NCBI GenBank assembly: GCA_037447605.1
Contig: CM074805.1
Span: 3,629,361-3,693,360, forward strand
Reading direction: 5' to 3'
From: Zygnema circumcarinatum SAG 698-1b
Taxonomy: Eukaryota > Plantae > Zygnematophyceae
Length of the DNA stretch: 64,000 bases
Numbering within the stretch: position 1 is the first letter of the stretch; each line of letters begins with the position of its first letter. Below the pieces are notes generated by a model. That model ran no database searches. It was not told where the DNA came from and worked only from the letters and a program-made list of their open reading frames with translations. A program made the position numbers and the translations under genes. Shown here in pieces: positions 13,801 through 23,785 of the stretch.

Positions 13801-16065
13801 TTTGAGGATTTGCTGATTTCAGGCGCCCTTGCTTCTGTCGCAGGGATGACTTCTCCTTCTGAAGCAGTCCCCAGAGAGGAAGCAATGAGCCTCCCGTCCT
13901 GCAAAGGGGAGCATGCTCAGCCATGCTTCTGGGGGAGAGAATACAGGACCCCTCAGAGTGAAGCAACCAGCTCAGCTCGCTCGTCTGCAGCACTTAATCG
14001 ACTGTATGTTTCGGTCAACATTCTTTGCGGATTTGAAAGTGTAGACTGAATTTTCGTCTTCATCATCATCATCATACCATCATCACGCACAGAGCCTTAC
14101 CTGAGACATAGCATAAGAAATCGCCCCTTCTGCCATGTACTCCCTCAAGCTTCTTTCAAAGCTGCTTAGTCTCATCCCAACTTTTCCGGTTCCCCAAACG
14201 GCTCCGCTTGCAGTTCCGTTCACAGTTGCCGTTACTGCAAGTATCGGGCCCCCCTCCTTCAAGAAGTTCCATGTTCCTCCACTGAAGTTGCTAATAACGG
14301 CCCCGTTCAGAGAAGCTACCTGGACAGAACTACTGCTAAAGTTTAAAGCAAGAGAGCTCGAAAATTCCCTCCCAATGGGCTGTCCGGAGAACCTATCGCT
14401 GCCACTGAAAAAGTAATTTGAAGGAGCCATTGATGTTGCCGAGCTCCTATTATTGAATGCGTAAATTTGTACATTCGCAGTCAGAGACTCAAAGTAAGAG
14501 AGGAACGTGCTGTCGGGCCGCTCAACGCTTACGATCGACTCACTTCCAAGAATTCTAAAAGTGTAGAAAGTCGGCGGCTGTACCTGCAGAAAAAGCGAAA
14601 GAAAACCACACCGAAAAAGACTTCTAATGAGGCCCCTAAGTTTTTAAGTTTTCTTAGGTTTTCTTTCTTAGTTTTCTTAGGTTTTGGGTTCAGGGAGGCT
14701 GGAAACTTCCATCAGTAGCAGCTCATAAAGGGTTAAATGTGAACGGTTTTAAAGTGGAGGCGGAACAAAAACATGGGCAAATAAATGGCTTGTGAAGTTC
14801 ATAAAAAATCATGGTCTCGTGAATGCATTGATCATGCCGCCGCATGAGAATGTGATCGCCTTATGAGGTCAGCATCATTTGCGTGGCTAGCCAAGACCAG
14901 AGGGATTTTTCCCATTAAGAAAGAACGAGATTGGCGCAAGGAGTCGCAGCGATAAATAGAAAAGATTCTCTTCGGCGGCTTCAACATGCACGATGCCCTC
15001 CTTCCTTCCCCCCCCCCCTTCCTGTATGCCAGAAATTACTTGTTTCCTGCATAGCATAAAATCTATTTTTTTTAACCGGCAGGCAGGCAGCAAGGGAGGC
15101 AGCAGGGCGGTCGACCTGCGCGGCCTCCCCCTCCCCCCCCCCCGCGGGGGCGGCCGCGAGGAGGGAGGCGTAGGCGGCGAGCGCGGCGGCGGTCCTCCCC
15201 GCGAGGCCCCTCCACGCGTCCGCGACGCGCGCGGCCTGCGCCCGCCGGACCGCGCCGCAGCCCTCCGCAAGGGACGCGCCGCCGTACGCGGCGGTCAGCC
15301 GCCACGCGAGGGCCACGACCAGGCCGAGGAGGATCGCGCCGCCGCCCTGCAAGCAAGGGGAAGAGGGAGGGAGGGAGGGAGGGAGGGAGGGAGGGAGGGG
15401 TCAGATAAGGCAGGCTGCAATAGGCTCTCAAGGAGAAGAGAAATGCGCGTTCAGTTGAGTTTGTCAAAGAACTGAGATGGAGGGTGATCAATGGCCGAAT
15501 AAGGTCAAATAGAGCAACGGAAGAAGCTTGGTTTTTGGGAGAGATTAACTGGATTTCTTAGCAGTTCTCTGTTTTGCCTTGATAGGTTAAGTAAACAGAT
15601 TGTCTTTTGAAAGTGAGACTGGAAGAACTTGCATTGCATAAGGCTGAGCCTAATGAGGGACAGAGCACCAGTGGGACCCAACGCAGAGTGACAGTAGGCA
15701 GCCCTTTAGGAAAAAACATGCGAATGAACAGTCAAGATCCAGGAAGGCAAAGTCCAAAAGGAGAAGAAGGAAGGGAGGCTTGCGTGAGAGGGCAGAGTCA
15801 GGGAGCAGTTAAGAAATAAAAAACCGTGTTCCTTCATGACTTTCCAATGACATATGTGCGAAAGCCTTCCTAAATGTCCCTGCAATGGCAAGAACATCCT
15901 CACCATCATCCCAATCCGCCAGGCCAGAAGCCACAAATATCCCCTGCCTCGCCGCTCCTTCGCCACGCACTCATTCTGCACGACACGTGGCCCCAGGCTG
16001 CGCTGCCGCGGCTCCACTGGCAGCAGAGGGGGGCCGTCCCGCAGGGGGCTTCCCGCCCTCGCCAT
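7877..16065 (-). CDS. AHK1: Membrane-bound hybrid histidine kinase, AHK1/CKI1 type (TM - extracellular loop - TM - HisKA - HATPase - degenerate receiver - receiver)
   Basis: Exons (approx.) 16065-15904, 15346-15116, probable 14583-14533, ~14446-14100, ~13901-13660, 13539-13286, 11485-11326, 11215-11089, 10965-~10750, ~10650-10575, 10430-8288, 8107-7877. H-box YKTQFMANM|[11 protein letters not shown]-box [16 protein letters not shown]1 EIEDTG, G2 GGSGLGLSL, receiver ILVAED...IMDCQ|MP...IIALTAHA...YLTKP. TM1 WRIGMM|[15 protein letters not shown] and SQ|DGRLIASS match remembered AHK1 segments. Confidence 0.9.
11504..12912 (+). repeat. Interstitial (TTAGGG)n telomere-like array inside the 1800-bp kinase intron 11486-13285
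   Basis: Roughly 230 hexamer units, near-pure at the left end, with TTAGGA, TTAGGC, TTAGCG and TTTATGG variants further right. It grades into a G/A-rich tract to about 13140. Confidence 0.97.
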
Positions 16066-16889
16066 GGCTGCCGCGCCCAAGCCGGATCTCAACCCTTCCT
16101 TTCGAAATCCAGGCTGTGCCCTGCCGCAGCTACCATCGCCACATGTGCAGGAGCCCGCCCGCCCGCCCGCCCGCCGGAGGAGAGCCTCTCCGGAAAGGAT
16201 AGGCCGAGACGGCCACGGGCTAGAGGGGCGGAGACAGAGAGAGAGAGAGAGATGGGGGGAGAGAGAGAGAGAGAGAGGGGGGTGAGGGAGGGAGGGAGGG
16301 AGGGGCCGGGTGGAGACGGCGGGCGGCGGCGGTCGGTGGTCGCCGTCGGCAGCCGTCGGAGCCGTACACCCTATGTACGGATGGCCCTTCGTACCGTACG
16401 GCGCCCGCCCTCCCGCGGCCGCGCGTGGCGGGCACCGGCGGGTCGGCCCCGACCGTACAGTAACGGCCGCCGCGGCCGAGACGTCACCTTTGGGCTTTTC
16501 TGAGAATTAATTGTTAACCGTACGCGTTGTCGGCTTCATCCGCCGCGTGACCGTACGAAGGGTGCCACGTGTGCGCGGGGGCGGCCGGCGGGCCCGCCTG
16601 CGAGGGCGACAAGAGGGGGACGCCCGCCCCCGATAGGCGGCACCAGGCGCCGTACGGTACGGGCGGGCGGGAAGAGGTGTACGGGTGGCTGGGGGCGGCG
16701 CGGTCGAGCGAGGGAGGGCCCCTGGGGCCAGAGGCGGCGGAGGGCGGCAAGCGGCCACGTGGCGCGACCGGACCGGACCAGGGCGGGCCGAGGGAGAGGG
16801 AGGCGCCGTACGGGCTTTTGGCAGCGTCATTCACTCTCTCTCGTTCTCTTTCTCCCTCTCTCGCTCTCTCTCTCTCACTCTCTCTCTCC

Positions 16890-16941
16890 CCAATCCCCAT
16901 GCTCCCATGCATGCATGCATGCATGGGAGCATGGGGATTGG
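16890..16941. repeat. Perfect 52-bp palindrome with a (CATG)n / RY-repeat centre
   Basis: ccaatccccatgctcccatgcatgca|tgcatgcatgggagcatggggattgg is its own reverse complement, with no spacer. Confidence 0.95.
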
Positions 16942-18893
16942 CACGACCCGGCCAACGCAGAGGAGTAAAGAGGAGAGGAGCCGCCTGCCTGCGCAGGGAA
17001 CGAACGAAACAATAAGCGAGAGAGGCGTGAGCAAACCATGACCGCTTCCAGACACTGCCGCCGCCATTCAAACCGGTCCTGTGCATTGCGCATGCATGCT
17101 GCACGTCAGGCAGCAGCAGCCTGCAACACCTGGACCCTCCTGCTACACGGTTTCCAAACGAGAGGCTCCGACAGGCTCGTTGTAGCCCTTCAAAGACCGA
17201 CGGAACCACGTTACTGCCACGAGCAGAAACCCCGGCACGGCCTTCACTGCACCGCGCTGCGGCCCTGCATGGCGGCATCCTCCGCCTTCCAAGCGAACCC
17301 ACGCTCGTTGGCACTGGGATCAGTGAGAAGATCGATGGCCTCGCACGCGGCCAGATTTGACACCTAGTTGCAGCCGGCACAAAGTCTTCCGGTTGCATGA
17401 CTCCAGCAGCCTCCCCGACTACACCCATGCCTTCTGTGCAAACTTACTCGATACGCATTTGGTTGGCCGGTGAAACAGCTTGACGGCCGGCCGCGTCACG
17501 TGACACGTGCGCCCGCCTAGCGGCTGACGCCCGGCACAGACCGCGCGGGGGCGGACCCACCCGCTGCAAGGGCGGGCCTCCCTCCCCTGGAAACTCCCTC
17601 GGGCTGTGACATGTTGTTCGCCTTGGGAGGGAAAACAGCAGACATGCGCACTCACAGAAGAATTTCGGATTTATTTGCCCAAGTCACATGTCAGGGCCCC
17701 CCGAAACTAGAGTCCTGGATCCGGCCCTGATGCCTTTTGCGGCTCCGTGGTGTCGAGAGTGCAACAGCACCTGCACGCATGAAGAATGCTGCGGCATCGA
17801 CGTGCGTGCAGAGGGGGTTGGATATCGCGCCTGTGGTTGAAGAATAACGCCTTTCAAGGGGGGCTGCCATTGGGCGACCGACACATGTCCCCTGAGGACC
17901 CTGGGGAGATGTTGTTTGGTGGTCATGCTGAAAGCTGCTCTTTCGAGGCTGCTGCTTTGCATGCAAGGTCGAACATAGAATTCCAAATCTGCGCCAGGTA
18001 CAACTATGATTGTTTTCTTTAACCTTCTTTTCCAAAACCCCGTCATCCTTTGCCTTTGACTGTCTTCTTGTTCATTGTCCTCGCTCCCGAGGGAGGGAGG
18101 GGAGGGAGGGAGGGGAGGNNNNNNNNNNAGGTAGGGGGGAGGAGGGAGGGAGGGGAGTGAGGGAGGGGAGGGGAGGGAGGGGAGGGATGGAGGGGAGGGT
18201 TCAGGCTAGGGTTGGGGGCACGGGGCACGGGCATGCCCAGGGGGGGGGCATGCCCCCCATTTTTGACCGTCCGTGCCCGGGGCACGCCTCCAAAAATTTT
18301 CCCCATATATTTCGTGCCCCCCCGTGCCCCCTGTCACGTGACGCTTACCTCGTACGACCAGGCCCGGGCCGGTGTAGCGTAACGGAGCTGCGTTCGACGG
18401 ATTTGCGTCTGTTCGATTGTACTTGTCGTATGCATCTTCCGTGTCACGGATCAACGGAATTCAGGAGCTGCCAACGGAGACTGAGAGAAGGCGGCGCCAT
18501 GCGTTGGCGGCCCACGGAACAGCACACCATCCAGCAAGGCGCACCCGGGAACACCGCCAGAGGCCGCCGATTATCATTCGTTGACCTATCCGAAGGCTCC
18601 ACGTAGTCAGTCAGGCCTCTCAGTGGGCAGTTGGCCAATCAGAGGCTGTCACTGCTAGGACTCAAGATCTATTGTCAGTGTTAAGTAGATGGGATGTCAG
18701 TGATGCTGTTTTGTCTTTTAGTGCTGGGCTTAGTATTTGTATTTGCTGTGTGGTTTGTCTTCTTGTTCTTCTTTCTTCTTTTCCTTCCTCTTCAGTTACA
18801 GCAACAGATGCTAAGTAAGAGATAGAGAGAGAGAGAGTTCCATGCCATAGATAGANNNNNNNNNNGACAGACGGCCTATCCCTGATTGAACGC

Positions 18894-20276
18894 ATGGTTC
18901 ATCAACTCATGGGAGACAAGGCTAAGATCGGCATTACCTTGTCACAGTTGATGCAGCTTGTACCAGGTGCTGCCGCCGTAGTTCGAAAGCTGGCCGACAG
19001 TGCAGAGGCCACCCTGCGGCCTCCCACAGCTCCTATGACATCTCCTCCGGACGTCCCCTCGCCGGCCGATATCCACCACATGGCTACGGCGTCTCCGCCG
19101 GACCCAGTCCGCTCCCCTCGCCATCCTCCTCGCCAGATTCAGATCCTCCCTCTCATCCCNNNNNNNNNNTTACCAGATGTGGACCTGATTCTCCACGGCG
19201 TCTCCCCTGAGGACCGATGGTTCTCGGCCCTGGACATGCAGAAGTCCTTCTGGCAGATTCCCCTGCGACAGGCTGATCGCTGCAAGACAGGGCTTCGCAC
19301 AGCCACGCGCTTTGTGCAATGGACAGTGCTACCATTCGGGCTCAAGAATTCCAGCCAGACTCACCAGCGCCTGGCCAACCAGGTGTTTGGCCCCTGTCGT
19401 GCCTTCTGCGAACCTTATGTGGATGATGCTTCGATCCACAGCAAGGACTGGTCCTCCCACCTGCAGCACATTGACCAAGTCCTGCAACAGCTCATCAGTG
19501 CGCGTCTGAAGATTGCACCCAAGAAGTGCAAATGGGGCCACCAGGAGATCACTCATCTCGGGCACCGCCTCGGCATCAATGGCCTGAAACCATCACTCGA
19601 TAAGATTGAAGCGATTGCCCTCATGCCGATTCCACAGACCCTCACTCAGCTCAAGTCCTTCTTGGGGCTCACCTCATTCTATCGCCGGTTCATCAAGGGA
19701 TATGCCCTTATCGCGCGTCCCCTCCATGCCTTGGAGAAGCACGGAGTCCAGTACGAATGGAGCCGAGCGCAGGATTTGGCCTTCCACGCGCTCAAGAGTG
19801 CCCTCCTTCAGGCTCCTTGCCTGCATCAATTCGACCCCAGCCTTCCCACCATTATTGACGCTGACTGGAGTCAGACAGGCTTTGGGGCAGTGGCCAGCCA
19901 AGCATTCTCAGATGGGGAACACCCAGTCAGTTATGCAAGCAGGGTCTGTTCAGAAACCGAGACCAAGTATAGCCCTACTGAGGGAGAGGCCGCGGCTATC
20001 CTCTGGGCACTCGAGAAGTTCAAGCTCTTCACGGCCTACCAGCCCGTTATCATCCGGACTGACCACATGCCCCTCACTTGGCTGCACATCATGGCTACCC
20101 TACGCCCTAAGTTTGCACGATGGGTGATGAAGTTGGAGGAGTACAATGTACTCAAAGTCACTCACCGTCCCGGCCGTAGTCACGGCAATGCTGACGGCCT
20201 CAGTCGCAACCCCTCGGCTCCCCTCCTGCATACGATCAGGCCGTCCCCCAGGCCATCCTCCACCCACCCACTGTAG
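18894..20276 (+). CDS. Gypsy Pol fragment: reverse transcriptase and RNase H
   Basis: ALDMQKSFWQI, LPFGLKNS, YVDD, FLGLTSFYRRFI, DADWSQTGFGAV, YSPTEGEAAAI, IRTDH, ADGLSR. Spans an N gap. Confidence 0.9.
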   Translation: MVHQLMGDKAKIGITLSQLMQLVPGAAAVVRKLADSAEATLRPPTAPMTSPPDVPSPADIHHMATASPPDPVRSPRHPPRQIQILPLIXXXXLPDVDLILHGVSPEDRWFSALDMQKSFWQIPLRQADRCKTGLRTATRFVQWTVLPFGLKNSSQTHQRLANQVFGPCRAFCEPYVDDASIHSKDWSSHLQHIDQVLQQLISARLKIAPKKCKWGHQEITHLGHRLGINGLKPSLDKIEAIALMPIPQTLTQLKSFLGLTSFYRRFIKGYALIARPLHALEKHGVQYEWSRAQDLAFHALKSALLQAPCLHQFDPSLPTIIDADWSQTGFGAVASQAFSDGEHPVSYASRVCSETETKYSPTEGEAAAILWALEKFKLFTAYQPVIIRTDHMPLTWLHIMATLRPKFARWVMKLEEYNVLKVTHRPGRSHGNADGLSRNPSAPLLHTIRPSPRPSSTHPL

Positions 20277-20759
20277 AACCCCTGAGCATCTTCCCATTGA
20301 GATCTTTTATTGCGCTCAAGCCACGCATGATGTCCTCTTCGCGGATGGGCTGTCCGACATTCGACGCAGCCACCACCACCCTCCATCAGCCCAGGAGGAC
20401 CCTGACTTCACTTACGGACACCCCGCAGCGGATCGTGCAGAACTCCCTCATATGGATGACGATAAGCGCTCCACTTGCACCTCATTTCCCGGCGCCAATG
20501 GCGTACACTCCAGACTCCTCCCCTTCTGCGCTCGTTACTTGACCCGCCGCGCTGCCCCTTTTCCGGACACCGAGAGGGCTCGGCTGCTCCGCCGCTCTCG
20601 GAACTTCTCTGTTGATGATGACGGACAGATACTGTACCTCCCCTCTGGCCTTCCTGTTCCTTTCCCCAATGAACGCATGGAGATTCTGGATGTCGCCCAC
20701 GATTCTCAGCCCGGCGGATTCCACCTCGGNNNNNNNNNNTGACGGCCATCATTCACCGC

Positions 20760-21449
20760 CACTCTATACCCTACTCTGTCCACTCTGACAACGGCACCGA
20801 ATACAAGGGGGCATTCGCCAAGCTCATGCAGGACTTCCGCATCATTCACCACACCTCCAGCCCCTACTCCCCCTGGCAGAATGGGCTGGCAGAACGTACC
20901 ATTCAGACGGTCAAGGATGCGTGCGTCCGCGGCTGCGCGGAGCTGGAGGCGGACTGGCGCGAGGTCATCCCCTCCCTGGTCTTCACGTATAACACCTCCG
21001 TCCACTCCTCCACGGGCTTCTCTCCCTACGAGCTTCTCTATGGCCGTAAGCCCCGTATTCCCCTTGACCTCCTCTCTGCTGAGCCCCTCTTCTACGATGA
21101 CGCGCCTCCCCCGGATCGGGTCGCCCAGCTGCAGCTCCTGGCCCTCCGCTTCCAAACCCTAGATTCCATGGCCTCCCACCACCTCGACCGCGCGCACAGA
21201 CGACAACTCACCGACTTTGGGAGGCGCCGACGCGCTGCTCTCCCGCCCAATCAGGTGGCGCCACGTCAGCTCATTTGGCTCAGGAATCTTGCCAAACCTA
21301 CTCCACGGGCTTTTCTGTGGTTGGGCCCCTTCATTTGTGTCGGTCCGTCGGAGATCCCAGGTTGGGCCGTCGTTTCGGAAGGCCCTGACTCTAGTGGAAA
21401 CGCCCGGCGCTGGCGTTCACATTGGATCGACATTCGCGCCGCCACGTAA
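20760..21449 (+). CDS. Gypsy integrase core and C-terminus
   Basis: SDNGTEY, SPWQNGLAERT (DDE core), YNTSVHSSTGFSPYELLYG, GPY/F-type WLGPF. No chromodomain. Confidence 0.9.
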   Translation, partial: HSIPYSVHSDNGTEYKGAFAKLMQDFRIIHHTSSPYSPWQNGLAERTIQTVKDACVRGCAELEADWREVIPSLVFTYNTSVHSSTGFSPYELLYGRKPRIPLDLLSAEPLFYDDAPPPDRVAQLQLLALRFQTLDSMASHHLDRAHRRQLTDFGRRRRAALPPNQVAPRQLIWLRNLAKPTPRAFLWLGPFICVGPSEIPGWAVVSEGPDSSGNARRWRSHWIDIRAAT

Positions 21450-22779
21450 GCGGTTCCTCCCCCCCGCGATGGCTGACCGTTTGCGCCCAACAGCGCGGCC
21501 TCCTCCGTACCCCCCCTGCCATGACGACTCCTCATTGGTCCATTTCTAATTCCCGCCACTTTTTGCCGCTTCGCCCACATTGCGCCTGTCGGCCGTAACT
21601 TTCGATTTCGAATTTGTCTTACTCCCTCCTCCACCTCCGATCCCGCCGATACTCCCCATTTCCGAATGTACGCGGAAGCTTCTCCAGACGGCCGCCGACT
21701 CCTCTCGCGCGGTCCACCGTCCACGTCATCCTGGTCCCTTCCCCTGCCCTTTGTCTCTTCTTCCTTGCGCCCGCAGGGGCGTGCGCTTGTTTCCCCCCCC
21801 CCGGCATGTGCTACAGATGTAGCGTAACGGAGCTGCGTTCGACGGATTTGCGTCTGTTCGATTGTACTTGTCGTATGCATCTTCCGTGTCACGGATCAAC
21901 GGAATTCAGGAGCTGCCAACGGAGACTGAGAGAAGGCGGCGCCATGCGTNNNNNNNNNNGGAACATCTTCAGGATCCCTACGTCTTCCGCTGCGCGTACC
22001 TCTGAATCCCCCGGATCCTGGCTCTATGCTGCAGGCAGACCCACAGAACCAACCCAACCCTTCATTAGTTTCAGCACGGACGCGCGTGTGGCCGTACAGC
22101 ACCTGCAGCTAGCTCAGCAGTCTTTGTTCAACCCCACTTATCTTGTGCTACACCGGTGACGATTGTTGTGTTGAGTACTGTCCGTACTTTTCATATTTTC
22201 CCGTACATGTGTACCTTTATCCGTACGTTTAGTACATTCATATGTACTTTCTGTACCTTAATCCGTACCGTTTTTAAAATAGTATATTCTTTTTGGGGCC
22301 GATTTGAATTGCTCAATGCAGTCACGTCACGGGGCACGAAAAAGGGGCATGCCCCCCCCCAAGGGGGGGGGGGCACGTGCCCCTGGGCACGGGTCGGAGG
22401 GGGACCGTGCCCCCAACCCTAGTTCAGGCTGATCACCTAACGCGCCGCCGACCGCGTGGAGGGGCCGGGCCGCCTCGCTGACAGGAAACCCACAAACTAA
22501 AAACCGCAAACTAGATGGCGTCACCAAAACGGTCCCAGGTCCCCCATTCCGTTCCTCTTCTCCTCCCCCGTCCCGGCGCTGTACCCCCTTTGCACCCCTT
22601 CTCCGCCCCGCTATCCGTAGTATTTGGCTCCTGTCTTGTTCCCCTGCGTGCCCCGCAGCCTACGTCAGCAGTTTTTCTCCGTCGCTAAACGACGAAGTCT
22701 CCTCGGCTCCAACACGGCAAGTCATCCGCCTCGAGCATATTCTGCGCCTCTTGTCCGTCACCCCCATGTCACTCTTCCC

Positions 22780-22930
22780 GTAAAATCCAATCAGGGCCGC
22801 CCACGTGTCCCGCCGCCGCGGCGGCTACCCAGAATCGCCAGATACGCCACCAGCATGCGCCGACAAATTTGGCAGTACATCAGCCAATGGAAGCTTGCCA
22901 CGTCTTCAAACGAATACACGTGGCACGCCA
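22780..22930. promoter_or_regulatory. CCAAT boxes and G-box/ABRE-like motifs upstream of the large low-complexity gene
   Basis: ccaatca, cccacgtgtc, agccaatg, gccacgtc and acacgtggc within 150 bp. A telo-box (tttagggtt) lies at about 23461. Confidence 0.35.
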
Positions 22931-23785
22931 CATTTGGTTCCCATTGAAGGAGTCTCTTTCAAAAAAGGAGCCCCCCAGTCCCCCCCCACCAATAAAAGCA
23001 GGGGTCCGTACCGGCTCATCCGTATGGACTGCCGGCCGGCCCGGCCAGCTGTCGGCCGGCCGAAGCACACGCCCCACGGTGGGCCGGATTCGGACCGTAC
23101 GGACGGACGGCCGCTTGCGGACCGTCATTGTACGGCGACCAAACCGCTTCCGATTCCGACCGCGGTCCGTACGGCCATCCCTGTTTCCCTTCCGTATGGT
23201 TCGTACATCGCGACCGCTTAAGAGCCTCCCCCGCCCGCGCTTTTGTCCCCCTCCGTCGTTGGGCGCCCTCGCGCCCTCTCGCTCCTCGCCCTCTCTCTCC
23301 CTATCTCGCTCTCTCTCTCTCTCCCACTCTCTCCCACTCTCTCTCCGGGGGGTGGTCGAGAAGGAACAGAGGTACATGGACGGAGGGTTGGAGATGTTCT
23401 GGAGTTGGGAATGTTCTGCAGGGAGCGGGCTGTACGGCTGGAGACGCGCGGAGTCTCGGCTTTAGGGTTGGGGTTTTCCTTCGTCTTCGAGGCCTACAGG
23501 CGCGCAAATTAGGATGAGGAATGGCTGCGACGCAGAGGTGATAATTACGCGAAGGGCGCAAGCGAATCGCTTGTTGCATGATGTTGACGTTAAGGTTTCA
23601 ACACCTGCAAATAGGGCGCCTGGCGAAGCCTTGTCTCGCTAATCAATTAATATTTTCGCGAAATGTCCTGGAGTTTTTTATGCTCTCGTGGGATTAGGTT
23701 CTGATCATCTGCATGGGGATCGGCACCAGTAGTTACATTTACAATTTGGTGTGAGCGCTTTTTTGCACCTTCTGGATAGGCAGCC

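Larger units (their letters stand above)
18373..22152 (+). mobile_element. Ty3/Gypsy LTR retrotransposon, copy 1 (partly collapsed by assembly gaps)
   Basis: Ends TGTAGC...GCTACA, 4-bp TSD CCGG on both sides. 5' LTR from 18373, 3' LTR from 21818; the two are identical over the ~130 bp visible in both. Domain order RT - RNase H - integrase. Confidence 0.95.
18207..22421. mobile_element. hAT-type non-autonomous element (MITE, about 430 bp when empty) interrupted by a Gypsy insertion
   Basis: Perfect 17-bp TIR TAGGGTTGGGGGCACGG (18207) / CCGTGCCCCCAACCCTA (ends 22421). 8-bp TSD GTTCAGGC at 18199-18206 and 22422-22429. Subterminal GGGCAC repeats. Confidence 0.9.

Noticed and set aside
14430-14590. 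Apparent frame discontinuity in the kinase extracellular region
   Set aside because: Several donor/acceptor choices and a possible unseen small exon exist, so a frameshift cannot be claimed without cDNA.
14887-17430. Many overlapping Arg/Gly/Pro-rich ORFs on both strands (also 22800-23500 and 51380-52150)
   Set aside because: Stop-poor, GC-rich promoter or first-exon DNA; only the frames tied to the kinase or DOCK genes have support.
17692-17729. Short CAGGGCC...GGCCCTG inverted repeat resembling a hAT end
   Set aside because: No target-site duplication and no partner end found.
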